From assembly GCA_963746845.1 (NCBI GenBank), contig CAVVCZ010000004.1, forward strand, positions 1,152,001 through 1,216,000: a DNA stretch of 64,000 bases, read 5' to 3'. The stretch's first letter is position 1. Every line of letters starts with the position of its first letter. Under the pieces are notes generated by a model, which was not told the DNA's origin, did not search any database, and saw nothing but the letters and a program-made list of their open reading frames with translations. The stretch is from an uncultured Chloroflexia bacterium. GTDB taxonomy: Bacteria; Chloroflexota; Limnocylindria; Limnocylindrales; CSP1-4. A program made the translations under genes and the position numbers. Below are positions 27,122 to 36,762 of this stretch, in pieces.

Positions 27122-28545
27122 TAGCCGTCCTCGTCCGGGGGTTGGTTGGGCGGCGCGTCCGGCGCCGGTTCCTCCGGCTTCGGGTCCCGCATCCGCGCCG
27201 GCATCCCGACCGCCAGCTTGCCCGGCGGCACGTCACGGGTGACGACGGCGCCGGCGCCGGTCTTCGCGTCGTCGCCGACCGTGATCGGGGCGCGCAGCAT
27301 CGTGTCGACGCCGAGGAAGACGCGCTCGCCGATCGTCGTCCGGTGCTTCCTCCGGCCGTCGTAGTTCGCCGTGATGGTGCCGGCGCCGACATTCGTGCCC
27401 GCTCCGAGCTCCGCGTCGCCGAGGTAGCTCATGTGGTGCTGCTTCACGCCGCGCCCGAGCCGGGTGTTCTTCAGCTCGGCGAAGTTGCCAACCTCGGCGT
27501 CCGGCCCGACATGTGAGCCCGGCCGGAGGTGGCTGAACGGGCCGACCTTCGCGCCGTCCTCGATGACGGACGACTCGACGACGGACGCCCATACGAGACA
27601 CCCGGCGCCGATCGTGCTGTCGACGACCTGCGAGCCGGCCCCGATCGTCGTGCCCTCCCCGATCGTCGTCGTCCCGCGCAGGATGACGTTCGGCTCGAGG
27701 GTCACGTCCTCGGCGATCATCACCGTGGCGTCGATGTAGGCGGTCGACGGGTCGCGCATCGTCACGCCGGCTCGCATGTGCTCGCCGTTGATCCGCGTCC
27801 GAAGGTCCCATTCGGCCTGGGCGAGCTCGGCCCGGTCGTTGATCCCGAGCAGCCGGCCGTCGTCCTCGACGGTGAGCGCGACGACGAGGCGGCCGTCCGC
27901 CCGGGCCAGCTCCACGAGCTCGGTCAGGTACAGCTCGCCGGTCTTCGGGGACGGGCTGAGGGAGCCGATCCGGGATCGAAGCCAGCCGGCATCGAACGCG
28001 TACAGCCCGGAGTTGACCTCGTTGACCGCGATCTCCTCGTCGGTCGCGTCCTTGCGCTCGACGATCCGCTCCACGGTCCCGGCCTCGTCGCGGACCACCC
28101 GGCCGAGGTTGCCCGGCTCGATCGCATCGACCGCGACGAGCGCGATCGCGGCCTGGTCGAGGCGTCGCTCCTCGAGCAGCTCGGCGAGCAGCGATGCCTC
28201 GAGCAACGGGGCGTCGCCGGTCAGGACGAGGATCTCGTCCGCGTCGTCCGGCAGCGCGGCCACGGCGGCGGCGACGGCATCGCCCGTGCCACGCGGCTCG
28301 GCCTGGAGGGCGTAGTCGACGTCGTCGCCCAGGGCGTCGTGGACGGCGGCGGTCGCGGGGCTCGTGACGACGAGCGGGCGCCGACCGGTCGCCTCGCGGC
28401 TCGCATCGACGACGTAAGCGACCATCGGCCGGCCGGCGAGCCGGTGGAGGAGCTTCGGCGTGCGCGACTTCATCCGCGTGCCGAGGCCGGCGGCCATGAC
28501 GACCGCGACGACCCGCGGAGCGGTGCCGGGACTTGGGGGGTTCAC
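27121..28545 (-). CDS. glmU: Bifunctional UDP-GlcNAc diphosphorylase / GlcN-1-P acetyltransferase
   Basis: AAGLGTRMKS..PK, GTGDA, ELYLT, hexapeptide repeats, GNFAELK, SYLGD, NYDG. Confidence 0.96.
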   Translation of the reverse strand: MNPPSPGTAPRVVAVVMAAGLGTRMKSRTPKLLHRLAGRPMVAYVVDASREATGRRPLVVTSPATAAVHDALGDDVDYALQAEPRGTGDAVAAAVAALPDDADEILVLTGDAPLLEASLLAELLEERRLDQAAIALVAVDAIEPGNLGRVVRDEAGTVERIVERKDATDEEIAVNEVNSGLYAFDAGWLRSRIGSLSPSPKTGELYLTELVELARADGRLVVALTVEDDGRLLGINDRAELAQAEWDLRTRINGEHMRAGVTMRDPSTAYIDATVMIAEDVTLEPNVILRGTTTIGEGTTIGAGSQVVDSTIGAGCLVWASVVESSVIEDGAKVGPFSHLRPGSHVGPDAEVGNFAELKNTRLGRGVKQHHMSYLGDAELGAGTNVGAGTITANYDGRRKHRTTIGERVFLGVDTMLRAPITVGDDAKTGAGAVVTRDVPPGKLAVGMPARMRDPKPEEPAPDAPPNQPPDEDG

Positions 28546-28644
28546 GCGGGGCGACGCGTTCGGGCAGCAGTCGGGGAAAGCGGCGCGATCCCGACGCGGT
28601 CAGGGCCCGGCGCGTGTCGGTGGGTTGTCATCAGCGGTGCGCGG

Positions 28645-28674
28645 ATCGTAGGTTGGCGTTTCACAGAGTGTCAA
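28645..28674 (-). promoter_or_regulatory. Sigma70-type promoter TTGACA-N18-TACGAT upstream of glmU
   Basis: Perfect -35 at 28674-28669 and TACGAT at 28650-28645. Confidence 0.65.
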
Positions 28675-28730
28675 ACTCGTTGGCTGTCGCGCCTGGACGC
28701 CGCGACGAACGCAGTAGGCTCGATTTCGAG

Positions 28731-29141
28731 TCAGGCGTGGTGGCCGGAGACCGCGTCGGCGATCGGGCGGTGGGCGGTCATCTCGATCTCGACGAGCGCG
28801 CCCTTGGGCAGGCCCCCGACCCCGACCGTCGAGCGGGCGGGAGGCGGATCCGGCATGAACCGGGCATAGATCGCGTTGACCGCCGCGAAGTCGCCGACGT
28901 CCGCGAGGAAGATCGTCGTCTTCACGACGTCCGCGAACCCGACACCGGCGGCGTCGAGCACCGCCGCAAGGTTGCGCAGCGCCCGCTCGGCCTGCGCCTC
29001 GAGCCCATCGACGAGCTCGCCCGTGGCCGGCTCGAGCCCGACCTGACCCGAGCAGAAGACCCAGCCGTCCGTCACGATCGCCTGGCTGTACGGCCCGACC
29101 GGCGCCGGCGCGCTGCTCGTCTGGATCGGCTGGCGGGTCAT
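28731..29141 (-). CDS. ridA: RidA family enamine/imine deaminase
   Basis: GPYSQA, SGQ, VVKTTIFL, PARS, LPKGALVEIE. Confidence 0.9.
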   Translation of the reverse strand: MTRQPIQTSSAPAPVGPYSQAIVTDGWVFCSGQVGLEPATGELVDGLEAQAERALRNLAAVLDAAGVGFADVVKTTIFLADVGDFAAVNAIYARFMPDPPPARSTVGVGGLPKGALVEIEMTAHRPIADAVSGHHA

Positions 29142-30181
29142 GGATCGCTCCTCTCGTGATCGTCGGGGCCGTCGGGCGACGGGTTCGCCAGGATGGTCGT
29201 CGCGGCGACGAACGGTGGTCCATCGCCCGGCGCCGCCACGAACCCCGTGCCGACGGCCGCCCGGACCGAGGCCGCCGCGAGCTCCGCGTCGTCGAGGGAA
29301 GGATAGAGGGCCCAGAGGGTCGGACCGGAGCCGGACAGCCCGATCGGGCGGTTGAGCAGGCGCATCAGCGCCCGCCGGAACGGCACGAGCCCTTCGACGA
29401 CCGACGCCGCGGCCGGCAGGAGGTCATTGGCCGCCGCCAGGACGCCGGCCCGCTCGAGGAGCTGGGCCGCCGTGAGGCCGGACCCGAACTCGCTCGCGAA
29501 GTGCTCCGAGCTGCGGAGGGCGACGCCCGGCTGGCCCATCGCGCCGCCCGCCCACGCGGCGAAGACAGCGGCCGTGGGCGCCGCGATCGCCGGGGTCACC
29601 ACGACGACGCCCGGGCCCCGCTCGCCGGCGCCGATCCGGAGCCCGTGGAGCGGCGTCACCCGCTCGCCGCGCCCCTCGACGAGCGCCGTCCCGCCGGCAA
29701 GGAAGAACGGGACGTCGCTGCCGATCGAGGCCGCCAGGTCGGTCAGGTCCGGGCCAGTCACCGCGTCCGCGAGGCCCCAGGCCTCGAGGGCGCCGTCGAT
29801 CGCCGCGGCCGCGTCGCTGCTGCCGCCGGCGAGGCCGGCTGCGACCGGGATCCGCTTGTCGAGCCGGACCGCCAGGGCGGGCGGCGGGGCGGGCCGGTGG
29901 CCGCGGACGGCTCGCCGGGTGGCCTCGACCGCCCGGAGGACGAGGTTGTCCGCGATCGGACCGGCGTCGAACCCGTCGACGTGGAGCCGGTCGGTCGCGC
30001 CGGGCGACGGATCCGGGGCCAGCGTGACGCGATCGGCCAGGTCGAGCGGCACCATCACCGAGTGGAGGGCGTGGTAGCCGTCCGGCCGGCGCCCGACGAT
30101 CGCCAGGGTCAGGTTCAGCTTGGCGGGCGCGAGCCGGACGACGGGCGTCACGAGCCGGGCCGGATCGACGGGGACCGTCAC
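29138..30181 (-). CDS. ispE: 4-diphosphocytidyl-2-C-methyl-D-erythritol kinase
   Basis: APAKLNL, RRPDGYH, KRIPVAAGLAGGSSDAA, GSDVPF, NDL, SGSGPT. Confidence 0.95.
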   Translation of the reverse strand: MTVPVDPARLVTPVVRLAPAKLNLTLAIVGRRPDGYHALHSVMVPLDLADRVTLAPDPSPGATDRLHVDGFDAGPIADNLVLRAVEATRRAVRGHRPAPPPALAVRLDKRIPVAAGLAGGSSDAAAAIDGALEAWGLADAVTGPDLTDLAASIGSDVPFFLAGGTALVEGRGERVTPLHGLRIGAGERGPGVVVVTPAIAAPTAAVFAAWAGGAMGQPGVALRSSEHFASEFGSGLTAAQLLERAGVLAAANDLLPAAASVVEGLVPFRRALMRLLNRPIGLSGSGPTLWALYPSLDDAELAAASVRAAVGTGFVAAPGDGPPFVAATTILANPSPDGPDDHERSDP

Positions 30182-31065
30182 GCCCCCTGCCCGCGCAGGT
30201 CATGCCCGATCTCGCCGAAGGCCTCCAGCAGCGCGAGCCACTCGCCCACCGCCAGTGTCTGCGGACGCCGGGCCGGGTCGATCCCGGCCGTCTCGAGCGC
30301 GGCCGTGACCCGTGCCGGCTCGACGGGGAGCTGCCGCGACAGCACGTTGTGGAGCATCTTGCGGCGCTCCCGGAACCCCGCCTGAACGAGCCGCCACAGC
30401 GCGTCCTCGTCCTCGGCCGTGGCGAGCCGGTCGTCGCCCGGAAAGGGCTCGACCACGATCACCGCGGACCGGACGGCCGGCTCCGGCTCGAACGCCTCCG
30501 GCGGGACATCGACGGCGATCCGGACGCGGGCGTGGTACTGGACGAACACGCTCAGGTAGCTCATCTGCCCGGGCGGCGCGGCGATCCGCTCGGCGACCTC
30601 GCGCTGGACCATCAGGACGAGCCGGTCGGGTCGCGGTGTCTCGCCGAGGAGCCGGTGGAGGATCGGGCTCGTGATGTGGTACGGCAGGTTGGCGACGACG
30701 TCGTATGGGGCCGCCACCAGCCCGACGAGGTGCTGGTCGAGCGCGTCTCCCTCGACGAGACGCAGCCGCTCCGCCTCGATCTCCGGCGAGAACCGCTCGC
30801 GGAGGAAGGACGCCAGGCCACGATCCAGCTCCACCGCCGTGACGATCGCGCCGCCGTCGAGCAGCCCGCTCGTCAGCAGGCCGAGCCCGGGGCCGATCTC
30901 GAGCACCCGTCGCCCGGGAACCGCCGACGCCTCGGCGAGGATCGCGTCGAGCACGTCCGGATCAGCGAGGAAGTTCTGGCTCAGGCTGTGGCGAGCCCGG
31001 AGCCCGGCCGCCTTCAGGGTCCGGCGGACCGCCGCGGGGTCGACGTGGGCGGGGACGGCGGCCAC
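30178..31065 (-). CDS. rsmA: 16S rRNA m6,6A dimethyltransferase
   Basis: SQNFL, EIGPGLG, VELD, NLPYHIT, MVQREVA, RRKML; GTG at 31065. Confidence 0.95.
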   Translation of the reverse strand: MAAVPAHVDPAAVRRTLKAAGLRARHSLSQNFLADPDVLDAILAEASAVPGRRVLEIGPGLGLLTSGLLDGGAIVTAVELDRGLASFLRERFSPEIEAERLRLVEGDALDQHLVGLVAAPYDVVANLPYHITSPILHRLLGETPRPDRLVLMVQREVAERIAAPPGQMSYLSVFVQYHARVRIAVDVPPEAFEPEPAVRSAVIVVEPFPGDDRLATAEDEDALWRLVQAGFRERRKMLHNVLSRQLPVEPARVTAALETAGIDPARRPQTLAVGEWLALLEAFGEIGHDLRGQGA

Positions 31066-31072
31066 GATCGGC

Positions 31073-32194
31073 TCAGCGACGCGCGAGCGGCAGCGAGGGC
31101 CGCGCGTCCAGGGAGAGGTCGGCGCGCTCCCCCGCGGCATGGCGCCGGGCGCCGGCGGCGCCGATCATCGCCCCGTTGTCCGTACACAGGGCCGGACGCG
31201 GGACGATCAACGGCAGGCCGAGCGCTTCCGCCTCGCCCAGTAGACGCGACCGCAGCGCGCTGTTGGCCGCCACGCCGCCGCCGAGCACGATCGAGCGCGC
31301 GCCGGTCCGTTCGGCCGCCCGGATCGTCTTCGTGACGAGGACGTCGACGACCGCGTCCTGGAACCCCCACGCGAGCTCCGCGGTGGAGGCGTCCGAGAGC
31401 CGGGCGGCGGGCAGCAGGCCGGCGTCCCGGCCGGTCGGCAGGCCCTCGTCCGCCCGCGCCTCGTCGATCGTCCGGCGGGCGGCGGTCTTGAGCCCACTGA
31501 AGCTGAAGTCGAACGTGTTGCCGAGCCAGGCACGCGGGAAGGCCGCGTCGTGGCGCGTCGCCGCCTCGGCCGCGCGCGAGACGGCCGGGCCGCCCGGGTA
31601 CGGCAGCCCGAGCAGCCGCCCCACCTTGTCGAACGCCTCGCCGGCCGCGTCGTCGACCGTCTGGCCGAGCAGCCGGTACGTCAGGTGGTCGCGCATCTCG
31701 ACGAGGAACGTGTGGCCGCCCGACACGATCAGGGCGACGAGCGGGAAGACCGGCTCCGCCCCGGCCGTGGCATCACCGCCGGCGTCCCGCAGCCACGCCG
31801 CGTACAGGTGGCCCTCGAGATGGTTGACCCCGACGAGCGGCTTGTCGTGGACCCAGGCGAGGGTCTTCGCGAAGTTCAGCCCGACGAGCAACGAGCCCGC
31901 CAGACCCGGGCCGTACGTGACCGCGACCGCATCGACATCCTCGACGCGGACCGACGCGTCCTCGAGCGCCTGGTCCAGCACCGGCACGATCCAGCGGAGG
32001 TGCGCCCGCGCCGCGACCTCCGGCACGATCCCGCCCGCCGCCGCGTGAAGCGCCGTCTGGCTCGCGACGACGTTCGAGAGGATCGTCCGACCGCCCTGGA
32101 TCACCGCGATCCCGGTCTCGTCGCACGACGACTCGACCGAGAGCACGACGCTCTCCTCCAGCGGCGGGCTCGGACGACCGCCGCCCGACGTCAT
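31073..32194 (-). CDS. tsaD: tRNA t6A threonylcarbamoyltransferase
   Basis: ESSCDET, GGIVPE, HLEGH, SGGHT, GEAFDK, GGGVAAN, CTDNGAMI. Confidence 0.96.
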   Translation of the reverse strand: MTSGGGRPSPPLEESVVLSVESSCDETGIAVIQGGRTILSNVVASQTALHAAAGGIVPEVAARAHLRWIVPVLDQALEDASVRVEDVDAVAVTYGPGLAGSLLVGLNFAKTLAWVHDKPLVGVNHLEGHLYAAWLRDAGGDATAGAEPVFPLVALIVSGGHTFLVEMRDHLTYRLLGQTVDDAAGEAFDKVGRLLGLPYPGGPAVSRAAEAATRHDAAFPRAWLGNTFDFSFSGLKTAARRTIDEARADEGLPTGRDAGLLPAARLSDASTAELAWGFQDAVVDVLVTKTIRAAERTGARSIVLGGGVAANSALRSRLLGEAEALGLPLIVPRPALCTDNGAMIGAAGARRHAAGERADLSLDARPSLPLARR

Positions 32195-32793
32195 GGGTCG
32201 GTCCTCGGGGGCGGCTCCGTGCCTTCGTCGACGACCAGGTCCTCGTCCGGCTCGAACGGGCCGGTCGGCGCCGGGCCGTCGTCGAGGTCCACCCGGAGAC
32301 GCTCGATCCGCGCCCGGACCACGGGGTCGTCGAGCGGCTCCGTCGTCATGATCAGCGCGTCCTCGTTGTTGTCGCTGTAGTAGCGCGGCCGGAGCCCCAC
32401 CGGGCGGAAGCCGTACTTCTCGTACAGCCGGCGCGCGGCCACGTTCGAGAGGCGGACCTCCAGGGTGGCCTCGCGCGCGCCCCGGTCCCGGGCGAGGTCG
32501 AGGAAGGCGAGCAGCAGGCGCTCGCCCAGCCGCTGGCGTCGCCAGGCCGGATGGACCGCGAACGTCGTGATGTGCGCCTCGTCGACCATCAGCCACATCC
32601 CGCCGTAGGCGACGATCCGTCCGCCCGCCCGGGCGACGAGGTACGACGCGAGCCGGTTCGTCATCAGCTCGCTCCGGTAGGCGTTCGGCGGCCAGGGCGT
32701 CGTGAAGCTGGCCTCCTCGATCCGGAGCACCTCGTCGAGGTCCTCGAGACGCATCGCCCCGATCACGATCTTCACCGGCGGTCGCGCGACCAT
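32191..32793 (-). CDS. rimI: Ribosomal protein N-acetyltransferase
   Basis: EAHITTFAV, LEVRLSN, LYEKYGF, RYY, EDALIM; sits between tsaB and tsaD. Confidence 0.93.
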   Translation of the reverse strand: MVARPPVKIVIGAMRLEDLDEVLRIEEASFTTPWPPNAYRSELMTNRLASYLVARAGGRIVAYGGMWLMVDEAHITTFAVHPAWRRQRLGERLLLAFLDLARDRGAREATLEVRLSNVAARRLYEKYGFRPVGLRPRYYSDNNEDALIMTTEPLDDPVVRARIERLRVDLDDGPAPTGPFEPDEDLVVDEGTEPPPRTDP

Positions 32794-33503
32794 GCGACCT
32801 CCCCGCTCTCCGCGCGGACGCCGCGCGGCAGGCTGACGTACTCCGGGACGAGCCGGGCGAGATCGTCGCCGCCGTCCGCGAGCCGGGCCGCACCGAGCGC
32901 CGCGAGGGTGCCCGCGAGCCCGGCACGCGCCGCCTCGCCGCGGGCCACCGCGTCGGCCGGGGCCCGGGCGTCGAGGTCGACCGCGATGATGACGTCGCCG
33001 GCACGGAGGTCCGGCTCGGTGCCGCCCGGCAGCAGCTCGGGCGGAACGCCCGCCCGGACGACGTGGCGATCGTTCGGCCCCGCCGGCAGCAGCAGGACGA
33101 TCCGGCCGATGTCGGGCGCGGCCGCGCCGACCGCGGCCGCCTCGACGGCCTCGGCCGCGGCGGCGGCCCGGATGAGCGCCTCGCCGGTCGACACACCGGC
33201 AATCGGAACGCCGAGCTCATGGGCCAGCGCCTTGGCGGTCGCGAGGCCGACCCGGAGCCCCGTGAACGCGCCCGGGCCCGTCCCGACGATCACGGCGCGG
33301 ATCCGCGATCGGCGCAGGTTCGCCTCGCCGTGGAGACGCCCGATCGCCGGGAGCAGCCCTGCGCCGTGCGTGCGGCCGGCCTCCCACGTCGTCACGCCGA
33401 GCAGGTCGCCACCCGGGTCCGCCGCCGCCACGACGACCCGGCTCGTCGCGGTGTCGATGGCGAGGAGCCACGGACGCCGCCCGTCGGAGCCGTTCCCGGT
33501 CAT
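32772..33503 (-). CDS. tsaB: tRNA t6A biosynthesis protein TsaB
   Basis: LAIDTAT, GPGAFTGLRVG, terminal P.Y motif. Confidence 0.92.
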   Translation of the reverse strand: MTGNGSDGRRPWLLAIDTATSRVVVAAADPGGDLLGVTTWEAGRTHGAGLLPAIGRLHGEANLRRSRIRAVIVGTGPGAFTGLRVGLATAKALAHELGVPIAGVSTGEALIRAAAAAEAVEAAAVGAAAPDIGRIVLLLPAGPNDRHVVRAGVPPELLPGGTEPDLRAGDVIIAVDLDARAPADAVARGEAARAGLAGTLAALGAARLADGGDDLARLVPEYVSLPRGVRAESGEVAWSRDRR

Positions 33504-34015
33504 CGAGCCGCCTCGAGATACCGCCGGTGCCGGTCATCGCCCGCGACGAGCTCGATCGTGCGCGGCTCGTCGCCGCTTCCCTCGATCCGGATGTCCAGCC
33601 GCCCGGCCGGGAGGACGGGACCCATCCGATCCGGCCATTCGACGACGGTCAGCCCGTCCTCCTGGCGCTCGTCGACGACGCCGCCGGCGAGCGCGTCGGC
33701 GGCATCCGCGAGCCGGTACAGGTCGACGTGGAAGAGGGGCAGGCGGCCGCGGTACTCCGACATCAGGACGAAGGTCGGCGAGTTGACCGTGTCCTCGATG
33801 CCGAGGCCCACGGCGACCCCCTTGGTCAGCTGCGTCTTGCCGGCGCCGAGCTCGCCCCACAGGCAGAGCAGGTCGCCGGCCCTCCCCAGCCGACCCAGAC
33901 GCTCGCCGAGCGCCAGCGTGTCGGCCGGCGACGACGATCCGACGAGGGCCCGATTCCCGGTGACGCCACGGGCGACGCCGGCCGCCGCGGCTCCACCGGC
34001 CTGACGGCCGGTCAT
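33500..34015 (-). CDS. tsaE: tRNA t6A biosynthesis ATPase TsaE
   Basis: GELGAGKT, SPTF, HVDLYR, VEW; ATG at 34015. Confidence 0.94.
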   Translation of the reverse strand: MTGRQAGGAAAAGVARGVTGNRALVGSSSPADTLALGERLGRLGRAGDLLCLWGELGAGKTQLTKGVAVGLGIEDTVNSPTFVLMSEYRGRLPLFHVDLYRLADAADALAGGVVDERQEDGLTVVEWPDRMGPVLPAGRLDIRIEGSGDEPRTIELVAGDDRHRRYLEAAR

Positions 34016-34017
34016 CG

Positions 34018-35085
34018 TCAGACGAACCGCTCGAGATCGGCGATCGGCACCGGGCGCGGCGTGTCGTCGCCGAACGACACCCAGCCGGCCTCGAGGAACG
34101 TGCCACCGGCGAACCGGCGGATCCCGGCCAGCCCCGCCCAGCGGCCCTCTTCGCCCGCATGCTCGCCGGATCGAACCCGGACGTGGCTCGGCGGCGGGAT
34201 CCGCACGTCGATCCCCGGCGCATCGAACACGAGCGCCGGCGGGTCGACCGAGATCGCCACCGTCATGCCCGCGAGCGCCTCGAGGATCGCGGCGATGGGT
34301 CCGGCGATCGGGCGGCGAATGACTCCATCGAGGATCAGCACGGCGAACGGCGGCAGGCGATGGAGGGCGGCCCGCTGGCGAGCCTCCGAGGCCAGGAAGT
34401 CGCGCCGCTCCTTGCCGGCCAGCCCGCTGACGATGACCCCCCGGACGCCCATCGCCCGGGCCCGCGTCAGCGCCTCCGCGTCGACCCGCGAGCCGATCAC
34501 GAGGATCGTCCCAGCAAGCCCGACGTCGAGCGAGGTCGAGCGCAGCCGGCCGTGACGGACGTCGCCGCGATCGGTTCCAAGGGACAGCCGCCCGCTCGTC
34601 GGGTCGCCGAGCGCCTCCACGCCCGGCATCGCCCGGCCCTGGGCCTGGACGCGGACGGAGATCCCCGGCCGGATCTCTCGCACCACGCCGGCGGTCGGGC
34701 AGTCGACGCCCTCGACGTGATCGCCGGTCGCGAGCGCCCAGTGCCCGCCGTGCTCGTAGACCAGCTCGCCAGCGTCCGCGCCGACCGACCGCCGGACCCG
34801 GGCCGCCTGACCGGTCCCGGACCACGCCGAGCCGGGACGCGCGAGCTCGTCGGTCGAACCGGACGGCAGCTCCGCCAGCCGCGGATCCCGGAGGCGCTCC
34901 GCGATCGTCGTGCCCGCGACGATCGCGTCCCCGGTCCGGACGAGGATCCGATCCCCGGGCCCGAGCCTGAACGCGATCTCGATCGCGTCGCGGAGCAGCG
35001 TCCGGCCCGTGACGAGGTCCAGCCCACGGCCGTGCGGGCGCGGCTCGACCGTCTCGGGGGTCTCGGATCGGACGTCGGTCGTCAT
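34018..35085 (-). CDS. Hypothetical protein (barrel-sandwich-hybrid-like, alpha/beta and KOW-like segments), coupled to the GlmL-like gene
   Basis: ATGA overlap with the upstream gene; ILVRTGDAIVAGTTIA, LAGTILVIG..ARAMGVRGVIV, VRVRSGEHAGEEG. Confidence 0.75.
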   Translation of the reverse strand: MTTDVRSETPETVEPRPHGRGLDLVTGRTLLRDAIEIAFRLGPGDRILVRTGDAIVAGTTIAERLRDPRLAELPSGSTDELARPGSAWSGTGQAARVRRSVGADAGELVYEHGGHWALATGDHVEGVDCPTAGVVREIRPGISVRVQAQGRAMPGVEALGDPTSGRLSLGTDRGDVRHGRLRSTSLDVGLAGTILVIGSRVDAEALTRARAMGVRGVIVSGLAGKERRDFLASEARQRAALHRLPPFAVLILDGVIRRPIAGPIAAILEALAGMTVAISVDPPALVFDAPGIDVRIPPPSHVRVRSGEHAGEEGRWAGLAGIRRFAGGTFLEAGWVSFGDDTPRPVPIADLERFV

Positions 35086-36713
35086 CGGTCCCGGGTCAGC
35101 CACAGGGATTCCTGCCACGCGTCGAGCAGCTCTCGCCGGCGCTCGAGTCGATCGGGCAAGCGGAGCGGCACGTCGCGAAGGTCGACGAGCAGGCCCCCCA
35201 GCCCGCCCCCGACGTCGACCGCGAACCGCCGGCCGCGCACGCCGAGCCGGACCGCATCGCGGAAGTGCAGCTCGGCCGTGGCCACCTCGCCCGGCGGCAG
35301 GTCGACGAGCTCGAGGCCGCCGGGCACCAGATCGCTGTCCGAGACCCCCGAGCCGCCGTGGATCCGGAGCGTGCCGGCGCTCTGGCCGGCGCGGATCCCG
35401 GCCGGGATCACCACGCTGCCGAGGGGCGTCAGCACGTCGTCCACGAGGTCGATCAGCGCCTGCCGGCGCTCGACGGGGTCCGGGATCACGCCGAGCGAGC
35501 CGAGGAGGCGGGAGTGGTCCTGGGCGATCGCGATGGCGGCCGGGCGACGCACGACATCCGCGAGAGCGAGGGCGACGGCCGGGCCCGGGGCGCAGGCAAA
35601 GGCTCCACCCGAGACGATGACGAGGTCCGGGGCGGGCAGCGCCGACTGGGCCGGCGTCGCCTCGACGAGGACGCCCAGGGCGGCGCGCGCCGCCGCGAGC
35701 CGGAGACGGGCCCCGTCACCGGCGATCGCCGACCACGGCCACAGACGCAGCTCGCGCAGCCGGTCGCGCAGGCGATGACGGTCGAGGGAGATCGTGGACC
35801 AGGCGAGGACGCGATCGACCGTGACGTCGCCGGGGTCCGGTGGGACGAGGCAGGCATCGGCGATGATCGAGACCTGGGCGGTGGCCTCCGCGCCGCCGAC
35901 GCCCGGGCTGGCGGTCGCACGGAGACCGCCATCGAAGCCGATCTCGATCAGCTCGACCCGGCGGTCGAGGACGTCTGCGAGCGCAGCGGTCATCCGTCCC
36001 GCGGCGCGTCGTGGGTCGTCGGGTCCGCCGCGGGCATCGTCGAGCAGGCGCCGCAGCGGCTCGCCGGGCGGGTCGCCGGTCATCGCGGCCGGGGCCAGCA
36101 GGATCTCGCCGCCGCGATCGCCGGACGACGACTCGATCCGGCCGAGTTGATCCGCCATCGCCCCGGCGAGGATCACCGTCAGCTCCGGGCGGCGGGCAAC
36201 GACGCCGGCCACGATCGCGGCGAGCTCGTCGAGCTGGCGCCGCTCGTCGGCACCGGGTGGGTCGCCCGCCCCGACGAGGATGACGTCCACGTCCGGATCG
36301 AGCAGCGCACGGGTGAGGACAAGGGGATCCGCGCCATCGCGGGTCACGCCGCTGGTACGCCAGCCGGTCTTGCGCGCCGCGGCCACCAGGGGCCCCAGGG
36401 CGCGATCCGAGACCGCGACCGCCAGTAGGGACCGGGCGGGTGCGCTGCGCGCCACGAGCCGCGGGAGGTCGGCGGCGATCGTCGCGGGCTCGACGAGGCC
36501 GTCGTGCGGCCCGAGGCCGAGCGCCGACCAGAGCTGGGGATCGGCGGCGTGGACCCGGCGCACGAGCTCGGTGCCCATCGCGTCGACGTCGCCCGGAGCG
36601 GGCAGCTGGAGCGAGCCCACGAGGCGCCAGCGATGGGCCAATCGGCCGATCATGGCAGTCGAGGTCGTCGCGGCACCGAGGTCGACGGCAAGGAACGCGC
36701 GGGGATCCGTCAC
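35082..36713 (-). CDS. Glutamate mutase L (GlmL/MutL)-like ASKHA-fold protein
   Basis: FLAVDLGAATT, DVILVGAG, VILAG, RLAAARAAL, DLVIVSGGAF, C-terminal GGLGGLLVDLR..P; family call is from recall. Confidence 0.7.
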   Translation of the reverse strand: MTDPRAFLAVDLGAATTSTAMIGRLAHRWRLVGSLQLPAPGDVDAMGTELVRRVHAADPQLWSALGLGPHDGLVEPATIAADLPRLVARSAPARSLLAVAVSDRALGPLVAAARKTGWRTSGVTRDGADPLVLTRALLDPDVDVILVGAGDPPGADERRQLDELAAIVAGVVARRPELTVILAGAMADQLGRIESSSGDRGGEILLAPAAMTGDPPGEPLRRLLDDARGGPDDPRRAAGRMTAALADVLDRRVELIEIGFDGGLRATASPGVGGAEATAQVSIIADACLVPPDPGDVTVDRVLAWSTISLDRHRLRDRLRELRLWPWSAIAGDGARLRLAAARAALGVLVEATPAQSALPAPDLVIVSGGAFACAPGPAVALALADVVRRPAAIAIAQDHSRLLGSLGVIPDPVERRQALIDLVDDVLTPLGSVVIPAGIRAGQSAGTLRIHGGSGVSDSDLVPGGLELVDLPPGEVATAELHFRDAVRLGVRGRRFAVDVGGGLGGLLVDLRDVPLRLPDRLERRRELLDAWQESLWLTRDR

Positions 36714-36762
36714 CGGTTCATGCTACCCGGGCGCCGCCGGGATGGCCGGACCTACCGGCGCG

